In this document: positions 1-9,175 of the stretch, piece after piece | Layout of the letters: every line of letters starts with the position of its first letter | How positions within the stretch are numbered: the first letter of the stretch is position 1 | Source: a virus | Taxonomy: Duplodnaviria; Caudoviricetes | Reading direction: 5' to 3' (one strand) | Length of the DNA stretch: 64,000 nucleotides | Virus record (IMG/VR): IMGVR_UViG_3300046010_000754 | Location: 1,910 to 65,909 of that record | The notes under the pieces: model-generated | Told to the model about the DNA's origin: nothing | Databases searched by the model: none | The model's input: only the letters and a program-made list of their open reading frames with translations | Position numbers and translations under genes: made by a program

Positions 1-2
1 AG

Positions 3-692
3 GCGCTGCTGCGCACCAAGGCGTCGATGCCCACGTTCCAGTGGAACGCGCAGTACCAGCAGAACCCCACGTCGGAAGAGGCGTCGGTCGTCAAGCGCGA
101 CTGGTGGAAGCTGTGGGAGAAGGAAGACCCACCAACATGTGAGTACGTGATCATGAGTCTGGACGCGGCGGCTGAAAGCCACAACCGCGCTGACTTTACC
201 GCCCTGACGACTTGGGGCGTGTTCATGAACCAAGACGACGGCACATACAACATCATCCTGCTCAACTCAATCAAGAAGCGGCTGGAGTTCCCGGAACTCA
301 AGGAACTCGCGTACGCCGAGTACAGGGAGTGGGAGCCAGATGCGTTCATCGTCGAGAAGAAATCGGCGGGCACGCAGTTGTACCAAGAGATGCGCCGCAC
401 CGGTATTCCAGTGGGGGAGTTCACGCCGCACAGAGGTAGCGGAGACAAGCTGGCACGGTTAAACTCTGTGGCAGACATCGTGCGCTCTGGGCTGTGCTGG
501 GTGCCTGACACCCGCTGGGCCGAGGAGGTCGTGGAGGAGATCGCAGGTTTTCCCTTCATGAGTCACGATGACTTGGTGGACTCCACGGTGATGGCGCTGA
601 TGAGATTCCGACAGGGTGGGTTTATCAGATTGCCGTCTGATGAGCCTGACGAAATCAGGTACTTCAAATCCCGCCGTGGCGGGTACTACTAA
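3..692 (+). CDS. terL: Terminase large subunit, C-terminal RNase H-like nuclease domain (5'-truncated by window edge)
   Basis: Open frame from position 3; motifs WNAQYQQNP, SLDAA..RADFTA, FIVEKKSAG, GDKLARL, FPFMSHDDLVDS typical of phage TerL C-terminus; directly upstream of portal. Confidence 0.93.
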   Translation, partial: ALLRTKASMPTFQWNAQYQQNPTSEEASVVKRDWWKLWEKEDPPTCEYVIMSLDAAAESHNRADFTALTTWGVFMNQDDGTYNIILLNSIKKRLEFPELKELAYAEYREWEPDAFIVEKKSAGTQLYQEMRRTGIPVGEFTPHRGSGDKLARLNSVADIVRSGLCWVPDTRWAEEVVEEIAGFPFMSHDDLVDSTVMALMRFRQGGFIRLPSDEPDEIRYFKSRRGGYY

Positions 693-701
693 GGACAAAT
701 C

Positions 702-3161
702 ATGGCAGCAGCAGATTCAATGGACAAGGGCTTGTACTCCGCGCCGCAAGGACTGGAGAGCTTGGGTGACAGTATTGAGATCGAGATGGACGAGGAGTCC
801 ACGGTCAACATGCTGCCAGATGGCGGTGCAGAGATCATCATGGGCGAGGCCGAGGACACGTCAGACGAGTCCGACTTCGAGTGCAACCTCGCAGAGCACA
901 TCGACGAGGGTAAGCTGAACTCCCTGTCGAGCGAGTTGATCGAGTTGTTCGAGGCCGACATGGTGGCCCGCAAAGACTGGGCGGACACATTCGTCAAAGG
1001 TCTGGAGGTGCTGGGCTTCAAGTACGAGGAGCGCACCGAGCCGTGGGACGACGCCTGTGGCGTGTACTCAACAGTGCTGGCCGAAGCTGCGATCCGGTTC
1101 CAAGCCGAGACCATGAGCGAGACATTCCCTGCCGCTGGCCCTGTCAAGACAAAGATTCTTGGCAAGGTGACCAAGGAGAAGGAAGAAGCCGCCGAGCGTG
1201 TCAAGAACGACATGAACTTCCAGTTGACCGAGCGCATGGTCGAGTACCGGCCAGAGCACGAGCGCATGCTGTACAGCTTGGGCCTCGCAGGTAGCGCGTT
1301 CAAGAAGGTGTACTTCGACCCGCTGCTGGGCCGTCAAGTCTCTATCTACCTGCCAGCAGAAGATGTGGTGGTGCCATACGGTGCGTCGCACATCGAGACC
1401 GCAGAGCGCGTGACCCACGTGATGCGCAAGACCAAGAACGAGATGGACAAGCTGATGGCCAGCGGGTTCTATCGTGAGATTGACCTTGGCGACCCCCAGT
1501 CGTTCCCCACAGACGTGGAGAAGAAAAAAGCTGAGGAGGGTGGCTACACCATCCAGAACGACGAGCGTTACACGCTGCTGGAGATCAGCGTTGACATGCT
1601 GATTGACGGCGTGGACGACGAGGAAGATGAACTGCCCAAGCCGTACGTCGTGACCATCGACCGTGGCACAGGAGAAGTTCTTTCTGTGCGCCGCAACTGG
1701 CAAGAAGATGACCCCCTGCGCTTGAAGGACGACCACTTCGTGCACTACGTGTACGTGCCCGGTTTTGGCTTCTATGGTCTGGGTCTCATCCACATCATCG
1801 GTGGCTATGCCCGTGCTGGCACTTCGATCATCCGCCAGTTGGTGGACGCTGGCACACTGAGTAACTTGCCCGGTGGCCTGAAGGCTCGCGGCTTGCGCGT
1901 CAAGGGTGACGACACACCGATCAACCCCGGCGAGTTCCGCGACGTGGACGTGCCGAGCGGCTCGATCAAAGACAACATCATGATGCTCCCATACAAGGAG
2001 CCATCACAAACACTTCTGCAACTCCTCCAACGGATCACTGAAGAAGGCCGTCGCCTTGGCGCGATCAGCGACATGAACGTGTCGGACATGAGCGCAAACG
2101 CACCCGTGGGCACCACGCTGGCATTGCTGGAGCGGACGCTCAAGCCCATGGCGGCTGTGCAAGCCCGAGTGCACTATGCGATGAAGCAAGAGTTCAAGCT
2201 CTTGAAGAAAATCATTGCTGAAGAAGCGCCCGAGGAGTACGGATACCAGCCCGAGACAGGTCTGGCTAAAGCTCGCAAGGCCGACTACGAGATGGTGGAT
2301 GTCATCCCCGTCAGCGACCCCAACAGCAGCACGATGGCTCAGCGTGTGGTGCAGTACCAAGCTGTGTTCCAGATGTCGCAGTCTGCGCCTCAGATTTATG
2401 ACCTGCCGTATCTGCACCGCCAGATGATCGAGGTGCTGGGCATCAAGAACGCCGACAAGATCGTGCCAACGAGCGAAGATCAGAAGCCACGTGACCCAGT
2501 GTCTGAAAACATGTCAGCGTTGGTGGGCAAGCCCATGAAGGCGTTTATCTATCAAGATCACGAGGCACACATTGCGACCCACACGTCGTTTATGCAAGAC
2601 CCGATGATCGCGCAGACGATTGGCCAGAACCCACAAGCTCAGCAGATCATGGCTTCGCTGCAAGCACACATTGCCGAGCACTTGGGCTTCAGCTACCGCA
2701 AGCAGATGGAAGAACGTCTCGGTGTGCAACTGCCCCCACCCGACGAGCCGCTGCCAGAAGATGTCGAGGTTCAACTGTCCAAGCTCATCGCCGATGGCGG
2801 CAAGCAGTTGGCCCAGCAGCACCAGCAGCAAGCCGCGCAGAAGCAGGCAGAGCAGCAAGCCGCAGACCCACTGTTCCAGTTGGAGCAGGCCAAAGTCAAG
2901 GTGCAGGAGATGGAGGTCACTCGCAAGGCCCAGAAAGATCAGACCGACGCAGATATTGCCGCTGCAAAACTCGTTATGGAGAAAGAGCGCAATCAAATGC
3001 AAGCTGCCCAGATTCAGCAACAAACTCAGTCGCAGAACGAGCAGAACATGCAGCGCGTCAAGTCCCAAGAAGCTCAAGCCCAGCAGCGCCTAAAACTTGA
3101 TGCCCTCAAGGTGCTGGCAACACCAAAACAACAGCCCAAAGCGCCGGGCAGCAAGGAGTAA
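702..3161 (+). CDS. Portal protein (P22-like, long Q-rich C-terminal barrel)
   Basis: 819 aa after TerL; GSAFKKVYFD, GFYGLGL, QLVDAGTLSN motifs; Gln-rich coiled C-terminus; AAGGA RBS. Confidence 0.9.
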   Translation: MAAADSMDKGLYSAPQGLESLGDSIEIEMDEESTVNMLPDGGAEIIMGEAEDTSDESDFECNLAEHIDEGKLNSLSSELIELFEADMVARKDWADTFVKGLEVLGFKYEERTEPWDDACGVYSTVLAEAAIRFQAETMSETFPAAGPVKTKILGKVTKEKEEAAERVKNDMNFQLTERMVEYRPEHERMLYSLGLAGSAFKKVYFDPLLGRQVSIYLPAEDVVVPYGASHIETAERVTHVMRKTKNEMDKLMASGFYREIDLGDPQSFPTDVEKKKAEEGGYTIQNDERYTLLEISVDMLIDGVDDEEDELPKPYVVTIDRGTGEVLSVRRNWQEDDPLRLKDDHFVHYVYVPGFGFYGLGLIHIIGGYARAGTSIIRQLVDAGTLSNLPGGLKARGLRVKGDDTPINPGEFRDVDVPSGSIKDNIMMLPYKEPSQTLLQLLQRITEEGRRLGAISDMNVSDMSANAPVGTTLALLERTLKPMAAVQARVHYAMKQEFKLLKKIIAEEAPEEYGYQPETGLAKARKADYEMVDVIPVSDPNSSTMAQRVVQYQAVFQMSQSAPQIYDLPYLHRQMIEVLGIKNADKIVPTSEDQKPRDPVSENMSALVGKPMKAFIYQDHEAHIATHTSFMQDPMIAQTIGQNPQAQQIMASLQAHIAEHLGFSYRKQMEERLGVQLPPPDEPLPEDVEVQLSKLIADGGKQLAQQHQQQAAQKQAEQQAADPLFQLEQAKVKVQEMEVTRKAQKDQTDADIAAAKLVMEKERNQMQAAQIQQQTQSQNEQNMQRVKSQEAQAQQRLKLDALKVLATPKQQPKAPGSKE

Positions 3162-3164
3162 TCC

Positions 3165-3365
3165 ATGGCCAAAACCGTCTTTGACGTGCTCATCATGAAA
3201 CACGAGGAGGATGTCTCCTCGGCAACCCAGTTTCTGGCAAACGGCGGGGCTAAAGACCTCGCCGAATATCGGGAAGTAGTAGGCAGGATTCGAGGTCTCC
3301 AGCTTGCTATCCAAACCACGAAAGACCTTTCGCGCTCTCAAATGGAAGAAGAAGACAATGACTGA
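3165..3365 (+). CDS. Small head-module protein
   Basis: 66 aa, AAGGAG RBS, EYREVVGRIRGL helix, lies between portal and GroES. Confidence 0.75.
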   Translation: MAKTVFDVLIMKHEEDVSSATQFLANGGAKDLAEYREVVGRIRGLQLAIQTTKDLSRSQMEEEDND

Positions 3366-3738
3366 TCAAGTCGAAAACGCCGTAACTGACGAAGAAGTGG
3401 AAGCTCAGCTTCCAAAGCCTGTTGGGTATCGGTTGCTTGTGGCGCTGCCACAGATTGAAGAAACCATCGGTGAGATGGGCATCATCAAAGCCAAGCAGAC
3501 CATGCGTGAAGAACGCATCCTGTCTACGGTTGGATTGGTGTTGGACATGGGCGAGCAAGCCTATACCGACCCCACTCGTTTCCCAAATGGCCCATGGTGC
3601 AAGGTGGGCGACTACGTTGTATTTGCGTCATACACAGGCACCCGTGTCAGTGTCAATGGCGTGGAGTATCGCCTGATGAACGACGACTCCATTGAGGCAG
3701 TCGTGGCCGACCCGCGTGGCGTATCGCGTGCTGGATAA
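3358..3738 (+). CDS. groES: Co-chaperonin GroES (Cpn10)-like protein
   Basis: PKPVGYRLLV...GLVLDMG...KVGDYVVFASYTGTRVSVNGVEYRLMNDDSIEAVV matches the Cpn10 pattern; ATG at 3358 overlaps the previous gene end. Confidence 0.88.
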   Translation: MTDQVENAVTDEEVEAQLPKPVGYRLLVALPQIEETIGEMGIIKAKQTMREERILSTVGLVLDMGEQAYTDPTRFPNGPWCKVGDYVVFASYTGTRVSVNGVEYRLMNDDSIEAVVADPRGVSRAG

Positions 3739-3748
3739 GGAGTAACCC

Positions 3749-4783
3749 ATGGCACTGCAAAAAGTAGAGTTTGAATTTCCCGATCCCGATAAGGCATCGG
3801 ACAAGACAGACTTCATCGAGAACAGCGACGGCAGCTTTGCGCTGAAGATCGAGGGGCGTGCTTCGGAAGAAGAAGCCAAGCGCGAAACGACCAAGGCGAA
3901 AGCCAAGGCCGACGACTTTGACATCGAGGTGGTCGATGACCGCCCCGAAGAAGATCAAGGGAAGAAGCGTTCCAAGGCTCCCATGGAGCTTTCCGACGAG
4001 GAAATGGACGAGTATTCCGAAAAGGTGCGCAAGCGCCTGCAACACTTTAGCAAGGGCTACCACGACCAGCGACGCGCAGCAGAAGCTGCCGCCAAAGAGC
4101 GTGAGGAAGCGTTGCGCTACGCGCAGCAGATCGCTGAGGAGAACAAAAAGCTCAAGGGCACTGTCTCCAAGAACCAAGAAGCGATGCTGGAATCGGCCAA
4201 AAAGATGGCCGCTGCCGAGCATGACGAGGCCAAGGCCAAGTACAAAAAAGCCTACGAGTCTGGCGAAGCAGATGCCGTAGTCGAGGCCCAAGAGGCACTG
4301 ACTGCTGCAAAAATGAAGGTTGAGCGAGTAAACAACCTCAAACTTCCTGCTTTACAAGAAGACGAGTATGATGTACAAACTCAAACAACCGCCCCAGCAC
4401 AGTCAGTTGATGACCGTGCCACTGCTTGGCAAGCCAAGAATAAGTGGTTCGGAGATGACGATGAGATGACCAGTTTTGCGCTGGGGTTGCACCAAAAGCT
4501 GGTCAAACAGGGCGTCAACCCGCGATCTGACGAATACTACGAGAAGATCAACTCTCGTATGCGCCAAGTGTTCCCCGAGTCCTTTGCGGATGCGGATGAC
4601 CACGAGGAAGTGACTGAAGAGCGTCGTCGCAAGACGACAGTCGTAGCATCTGCTACTCGAAGTGTGGCCCCTAAAAAGATCACGCTGACGAAGACGCAAG
4701 TTGCTCTGGCTAACAGGCTCGGAGTGCCACTAAACGAATACGCCAAACAGGTTGCTATGGAATTGAGGAAACAAAATGGCTGA
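3749..4783 (+). CDS. Putative capsid scaffolding protein
   Basis: Acidic N-terminus, long coiled coil, W..KNKWFG motif, C-terminal LTKTQVALANRLGVPLNEYAK; lies upstream of capsid genes. Confidence 0.72.
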   Translation: MALQKVEFEFPDPDKASDKTDFIENSDGSFALKIEGRASEEEAKRETTKAKAKADDFDIEVVDDRPEEDQGKKRSKAPMELSDEEMDEYSEKVRKRLQHFSKGYHDQRRAAEAAAKEREEALRYAQQIAEENKKLKGTVSKNQEAMLESAKKMAAAEHDEAKAKYKKAYESGEADAVVEAQEALTAAKMKVERVNNLKLPALQEDEYDVQTQTTAPAQSVDDRATAWQAKNKWFGDDDEMTSFALGLHQKLVKQGVNPRSDEYYEKINSRMRQVFPESFADADDHEEVTEERRRKTTVVASATRSVAPKKITLTKTQVALANRLGVPLNEYAKQVAMELRKQNG

Positions 4784-5228
4784 GAACAGACTTAATCGTG
4801 AACTGGATACCCGTGAAAAAACGGCCCGCAAGAAATCGTGGACTCGTCCCGAGACCTTGCCAACTCCTTTCCCGGAGGATGGCTATGAATTCCATTGGGT
4901 TCGCATCAGCACTCGCGGCGAAGCCGACGCCATGAACGTGTCCTTGAAACTACAAGAAGGCTGGGAGCCGGTTAAGGCTGCTGACCACCCCGAGATTTTC
5001 GTTGCAGGCGTCGAAAACGACCGCTTCAAGGACAATATCGTGATTGGTGGCCTGATGCTTTGCAAAACCCCCACTGAGTTCGTTGAAGAACGAAACGCAT
5101 GGTTTAACAACCAAGCATCGTCCCAGATGAAGTCAGTTGACAACAATCTCATGCGCGAGAACGATCCCCGTATGCCGCTCTACAACGAGCGCAAAACTAC
5201 GGTGTCCCGTTTTGGCAATGGCACTTAA
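4776..5228 (+). CDS. Conserved head-module protein of unknown function
   Basis: 150 aa, coupled to upstream gene; GYEFHWVR, EGWEPV, GGLMLCK. Confidence 0.7.
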   Translation: MAENRLNRELDTREKTARKKSWTRPETLPTPFPEDGYEFHWVRISTRGEADAMNVSLKLQEGWEPVKAADHPEIFVAGVENDRFKDNIVIGGLMLCKTPTEFVEERNAWFNNQASSQMKSVDNNLMRENDPRMPLYNERKTTVSRFGNGT

Positions 5229-5245
5229 CTTTTTTGGAGTCAAAA

Positions 5246-5893
5246 ATGGCTTATCCTACCGTTTCTGCCCCTTACGGGCTTAAACCAGTCAATCTGATTG
5301 GCGGTCAGGTGTATGCTGGTTCGACCCGCCTATTGAAGATCGCAAGCGGCTATGCTGCAAACATCTTCTACGGTGATGTGGTCAAGCTGGTCAGCACTGG
5401 CACTGTCGAGAAGGACACTGGCACTTCCACTGGCACCCCCGTTGGTGTTTTCATGGGCTGCACCTACACAGACCCTTCGTCCAAGCAACCTCGCTGGAGC
5501 CAATACTGGCCCACCGGCACCGTCGCTTCTGACGCACAGGCTTATGTCGTGGATGATCCCGATGTCCTGTTCAAAGTTGCCTCCGTGTCTTCGGGCACCA
5601 CTGTTGCGTTCTATGCGCAAACCGTGATTGGCAACAACGTCTCCTTGGTGCAGAACTCCGGTTCGACTACCACTGGTGACTCTGCTGTGGCCATTGACGG
5701 TTCCAGCGCCGCTACGACCGTTTCTTTGCCTATCCGCATCATCGCTGGTGTGCCTGATACAGCAAACTCTTCTGGTGAATTCTGCGAATTCATCTGCAAG
5801 TGGAACGCACCGTACATCACCCTCGCTGAAGGTACTCCTAACACGGTAACGTGGGCTGGCGGCCATCAGTATCTCAACCCAACTGGCGTTTAA
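5246..5893 (+). CDS. Putative capsid decoration/cement protein
   Basis: APYGLKPV..IFYGDVV..GVFMGC pattern, beta-rich, immediately before the major capsid gene; GGAG RBS before ATG 5246. Confidence 0.65.
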   Translation: MAYPTVSAPYGLKPVNLIGGQVYAGSTRLLKIASGYAANIFYGDVVKLVSTGTVEKDTGTSTGTPVGVFMGCTYTDPSSKQPRWSQYWPTGTVASDAQAYVVDDPDVLFKVASVSSGTTVAFYAQTVIGNNVSLVQNSGSTTTGDSAVAIDGSSAATTVSLPIRIIAGVPDTANSSGEFCEFICKWNAPYITLAEGTPNTVTWAGGHQYLNPTGV

Positions 5894-5904
5894 GGAGCTA
5901 AATC

Positions 5905-6813
5905 ATGGCTATTTCACGTGCACAGCTACTGAAAGAACTGCTCCCCGGCCTGAACGCTTTGTTTGGCTTGGAGTACAAAAAGTACGGCGAAGAACACAAA
6001 GAGATTTTCGAGACCGAAACCTCTGAGCGTTCTTTTGAAGAAGAAACCAAGTTGTCCGGCTTCAGCGCCGCACCTGTGAAGAACGAAGGTTCTGCACTGG
6101 CGTATGACAACGCACAAGAAGCATGGACTGCACGCTACGTGCACGAAACCATTGCGATGGGTTTCTCTCTGACCGAAGAAGCTATCGAAGACAACTTGTA
6201 TGACTCGTTGTCCGCTCGATACACCAAAGCTCTGGCTCGCGCCATGGCTTACACCAAGCAGGTCAAAGCTGCTTCGATCCTGAACAACGCCTTCACTGGC
6301 GGCCCCACCTACGGTGACGGCCAAGTTCTGTGCTCGACAGCCCACCCTTTGGTGTCTGGTGGTACCAACAGCAACCGTCCTACTGTCGCTGCCGACCTGA
6401 ACGAGACTTCCTTGGAAGCCGCCGTTATTCAGATCGCTGGTTGGACAGACGAACGTGGCCTGTTGATCGCTGCTCAGCCTAAGAAACTGATCGTGCCCCC
6501 AAGCCTGCAATTCGTTGCAACTCGTTTGTTGGAAACCGAACTCCGCGTCGGCACCAACGACAACGACATTAACGCACTGAAGAACAACAGTTCCATCCGC
6601 GAAGGCTACACTGTCAACCACTACTTGACAGACAGCAACGCTTGGTTCCTGATGACTGACGTGCCTAACGGCTTGAAGCACTTTGTCCGTAGCCCATTGC
6701 AAAATGGCATGGACGCTGACTTTGACACCGGCAACAGCCGTTACAAAGCCCGCGAGCGTTACAGCTTCGGTGTGTCCGACCCTCTGGGTATTTTCGGTTC
6801 CCCCGGCGCTTAA
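5905..6813 (+). CDS. Major capsid protein (HK97 fold)
   Basis: 302 aa, strong AAGGAG RBS, highly biased codons, PKKLIVPP and YKARERYSFG motifs, followed by an intrinsic terminator. Confidence 0.9.
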   Translation: MAISRAQLLKELLPGLNALFGLEYKKYGEEHKEIFETETSERSFEEETKLSGFSAAPVKNEGSALAYDNAQEAWTARYVHETIAMGFSLTEEAIEDNLYDSLSARYTKALARAMAYTKQVKAASILNNAFTGGPTYGDGQVLCSTAHPLVSGGTNSNRPTVAADLNETSLEAAVIQIAGWTDERGLLIAAQPKKLIVPPSLQFVATRLLETELRVGTNDNDINALKNNSSIREGYTVNHYLTDSNAWFLMTDVPNGLKHFVRSPLQNGMDADFDTGNSRYKARERYSFGVSDPLGIFGSPGA

Positions 6814-6820
6814 ACCGCGT

Positions 6821-6853
6821 AAAGAAAAGCTCCTTCGGGGGCTTTTCTTTTTT
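6821..6853 (+). terminator. Rho-independent terminator after major capsid gene
   Basis: AAAGAAAAGCTCC-TTCG-GGGGCTTTTCTTT hairpin followed by a T-run. Confidence 0.88.
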
Positions 6854-6873
6854 GGTATTTGATGTATATTTGA

Positions 6874-6947
6874 GTCGTTCCGGGAATTCCGGTGCATCAT
6901 ATTGACCCGGCAAACGACGTACCGAATGATGCGCTGATCTTGTACGT
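6874..6947 (+). promoter_or_regulatory. Candidate structured (pseudoknot/kissing-loop) 5' leader RNA
   Basis: Two stems plus 11-bp loop-loop complementarity (6890-6900 with 6926-6936) directly before the RBS of gene 6961. Confidence 0.5.
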
Positions 6948-6960
6948 AAGGAAAATTGAA

Positions 6961-7425
6961 ATGGCAGTCTCTACCACCCAAAGTATTTGGCGTTCTGGCG
7001 GCGGTGATCAAACGCGCACCGCTTACTGTGGTTCCGGCATCATGGCCGCATCGTTCTATATTGCCGATGCAAGCCCCGCCACCGCAGGCACCAACGTCGC
7101 AGTGTCTTCTGCACTGAGCACTACCCCCCTCATTCTGCCTGTTGGCGCAGTGATCTTGTCTATCAGCATCAACGATGCCGGTACAGGTTCTTGCGACATT
7201 GGCGCTACTGGCTACGTCAGTGGCACAGCAGACAACAACTTCTTCGCGTCTGGTTTGGATGTGTCCGCTGTGGGCACTACAAGCGTTGGCTCCGTGGTTA
7301 CGGGTGCTACGTTGACCGAAATGTCTTATGTGACTGTGACTGACAACACCAGCGGCGCTGGCACCGTTGCAGGCTACATCACCTACTTCGTTGTCGATCC
7401 ATACACCGGTCAGCAGAACGTCTAA
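6961..7425 (+). CDS. Virion structural protein (minor capsid-like)
   Basis: AAGGAAAA RBS, S/T/G/A-rich beta protein; start taken at 6961. Confidence 0.7.
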   Translation: MAVSTTQSIWRSGGGDQTRTAYCGSGIMAASFYIADASPATAGTNVAVSSALSTTPLILPVGAVILSISINDAGTGSCDIGATGYVSGTADNNFFASGLDVSAVGTTSVGSVVTGATLTEMSYVTVTDNTSGAGTVAGYITYFVVDPYTGQQNV

Positions 7426-7437
7426 TAGGAGCCCGAC

Positions 7438-7716
7438 ATGGGAATGCAAACCGATGTAATGGCCAAATCGCTGGCCGCATCGGGCTCTGTTTATGGTGGC
7501 CGCGCCCGTGTGCGCGGAGCCTTGATTGAGCCCGGTACGGGCGCAGGCAGCGTCGTCTTCAAAGATGGCGGCTCTGGCGGCACCACCCTATTCACCATCA
7601 ACACAGTCGCTAACGGTGAGCCGTTCAGCGTGGTCATTCCAGCGCAAGGCGTTTTGTTTCAGACAGACGTTTACGCTGCGTTGACCGATGCCAAAGTGAC
7701 GGTGTTCTATGGCTAA
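7438..7716 (+). CDS. Small virion structural protein
   Basis: 92 aa, AGGAG RBS, beta-rich, ends VTVFYG. Confidence 0.7.
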   Translation: MGMQTDVMAKSLAASGSVYGGRARVRGALIEPGTGAGSVVFKDGGSGGTTLFTINTVANGEPFSVVIPAQGVLFQTDVYAALTDAKVTVFYG

Positions 7717-7963
7717 GAAGACTCCCTCCCTTGCTATCGGTCGTGGCGAAAAGCTGCCTGCTTCCAAGGGGGCGGGTTTGACTGCCAAAGGCCGTGCCAA
7801 GTACAACGCTGCAACGGGCAGCAACCTGAAGGCTCCTCAACCACAAGGCGGCAAGCGCAAGGACTCGTTCTGCGCACGCATGAGCGGTATGCCGGGGCCG
7901 ATGAAAGACGAGAAGGGCAAGCCCACTCGTAAGGCTGCTTCACTTGCAAGATGGAAGTGCTGA
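7709..7963 (+). CDS. Small basic protein (K/G-rich; SFCARM...ARWKC)
   Basis: 84 aa, overlaps upstream stop; motif common in phage head modules. Confidence 0.7.
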   Translation: MAKKTPSLAIGRGEKLPASKGAGLTAKGRAKYNAATGSNLKAPQPQGGKRKDSFCARMSGMPGPMKDEKGKPTRKAASLARWKC

Positions 7964-7964
7964 T

Positions 7965-8213
7965 ATGGAACTGATGGTATGGAACGTGATTTTGTCTTTT
8001 GTGGCGGCTCTGATCCTGATGTGGGTCAAGGGCGTGCACGAAGAACTCAAGCGCGTTCAAATTTTGCTCAACAAAACTCGGGAAGAGATGCCCAAGGAGT
8101 ACGTGACAAAGGCTGATGTCCACAACGACATGAACCGCGTCATCCAACGCCTTGATCGCCTCGATGCCAAACTCGATGAATTTATGAAGGAGCAACGCAG
8201 TGCCCTCGGTTAG
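7965..8213 (+). CDS. Small membrane-anchored coiled-coil protein
   Basis: N-terminal hydrophobic helix (MELMVWNVILSFVAALILMWV) followed by a coiled coil. Confidence 0.65.
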   Translation: MELMVWNVILSFVAALILMWVKGVHEELKRVQILLNKTREEMPKEYVTKADVHNDMNRVIQRLDRLDAKLDEFMKEQRSALG

Positions 8214-8541
8214 CCCAGCGCAAAAACGCTTGATGGATGCAGCGGCTCACAACCCCGCGTTCGCCAAAAAAGTCGGTGTACCTACCAAGGTCGCCAAAGA
8301 GTTTAGTCAGGCCGATAAAGGCCGTAAATTTGCAAAAGGTGGTTCTATGAAACACGAAGATGTGAAGATGGACAAAGCCATGATGCAGAAGGCCGTGAAC
8401 AAACACGAAGGCCGTTTGCACAAAGGCAAGCCCATGACCAAGTTGGCCAAGGGTGGCAGTGTCACTCGTGGCGACGGTTGTGTGGCCAAGGGTCATACCA
8501 AGGGCAAGATGATTGCCATGGCTGGCGGCGGTAAATGTTAA
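8200..8541 (+). CDS. Small Lys-rich basic protein (putative core/DNA-binding)
   Basis: GTG start with AAGGAG; FAKGG, LAKGG and C-terminal MAGGGKC motifs. Confidence 0.72.
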   Translation: MPSVSPAQKRLMDAAAHNPAFAKKVGVPTKVAKEFSQADKGRKFAKGGSMKHEDVKMDKAMMQKAVNKHEGRLHKGKPMTKLAKGGSVTRGDGCVAKGHTKGKMIAMAGGGKC

Positions 8542-8550
8542 GGAGTCAAC

Positions 8551-8874
8551 ATGAAAAAACGCAAATTCAATGATGGCGGTATCTACACTGCTGGTATGGG
8601 GAAACCCCCACAAGACATCGACGGCGCTTCTGCACCTATGAAGAAGCCGATGCCTAAGCCGCCTATGGCCGCAAAGAAGCCCATGCCCAAGAAGCCCATG
8701 ATGCCTGTGGCTCCCAAGCCCCGTGGCGCGGCTCCTGATGAGTCCGTGATGCCCGCCCCTGCTTTCAAGAAGGGCGGCTCTGTGGGTTCCGCTTCCAAGC
8801 GTGCTGACGGTATTGCCTCAAAGGGCAAGACCAAAGGCACCCAGATCAAAATGGCTGGCGGCGGTAAGTGCTGA
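8551..8874 (+). CDS. Small Lys/Pro/Met-rich basic protein
   Basis: AAGGAG RBS; KKPMPK repeats; RADGIASKGKTKG...MAGGGKC end paralogous to the upstream gene. Confidence 0.72.
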   Translation: MKKRKFNDGGIYTAGMGKPPQDIDGASAPMKKPMPKPPMAAKKPMPKKPMMPVAPKPRGAAPDESVMPAPAFKKGGSVGSASKRADGIASKGKTKGTQIKMAGGGKC

Positions 8875-8875
8875 T

Positions 8876-9175
8876 ATGAGAGCGAGTCGCGGTATGGGTA
8901 TCATCAACCCAGACAAAATGCCCAAAGCCAAGGTGAAGAAACGCCGTGACAACACGGACTTCACCGAGGATGGGCAGGCGCGTCAGCGCCGCGACAACAC
9001 GGACTTCACCGAGTACGCTCAAGGTGGAGAAGTGTGGGACAAAGCCCGCCCCAAGGGGCTGGGCGCACCCAAGAAGCTATCTCCGGCCAAGAAATCAAGC
9101 GCCAAGGCCATGGCCAAGGCAGCAGGGCGTCCATACCCTAACCTCGTTGACAACATGAGGGCGGCTAAAAAATGA
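8876..9175 (+). CDS. Small basic protein with internal RRDNTDFTE duplication
   Basis: ATG at 8876; ends AGRPYPNLVDNMRAAKK; ATGA overlap with next gene. Confidence 0.65.
   Translation: MRASRGMGIINPDKMPKAKVKKRRDNTDFTEDGQARQRRDNTDFTEYAQGGEVWDKARPKGLGAPKKLSPAKKSSAKAMAKAAGRPYPNLVDNMRAAKK
8942..9013 (+). repeat. 27-bp direct repeat with 45-bp period (CGCCGYGACAACACGGACTTCACCGAG x2)
   Basis: Copies at 8942-8968 and 8987-9013, one mismatch. Confidence 0.9.

Noticed and set aside
5926-7449. 507-aa ORF on the - strand
   Set aside because: Antisense to the major capsid gene and runs across its terminator; shadow ORF.
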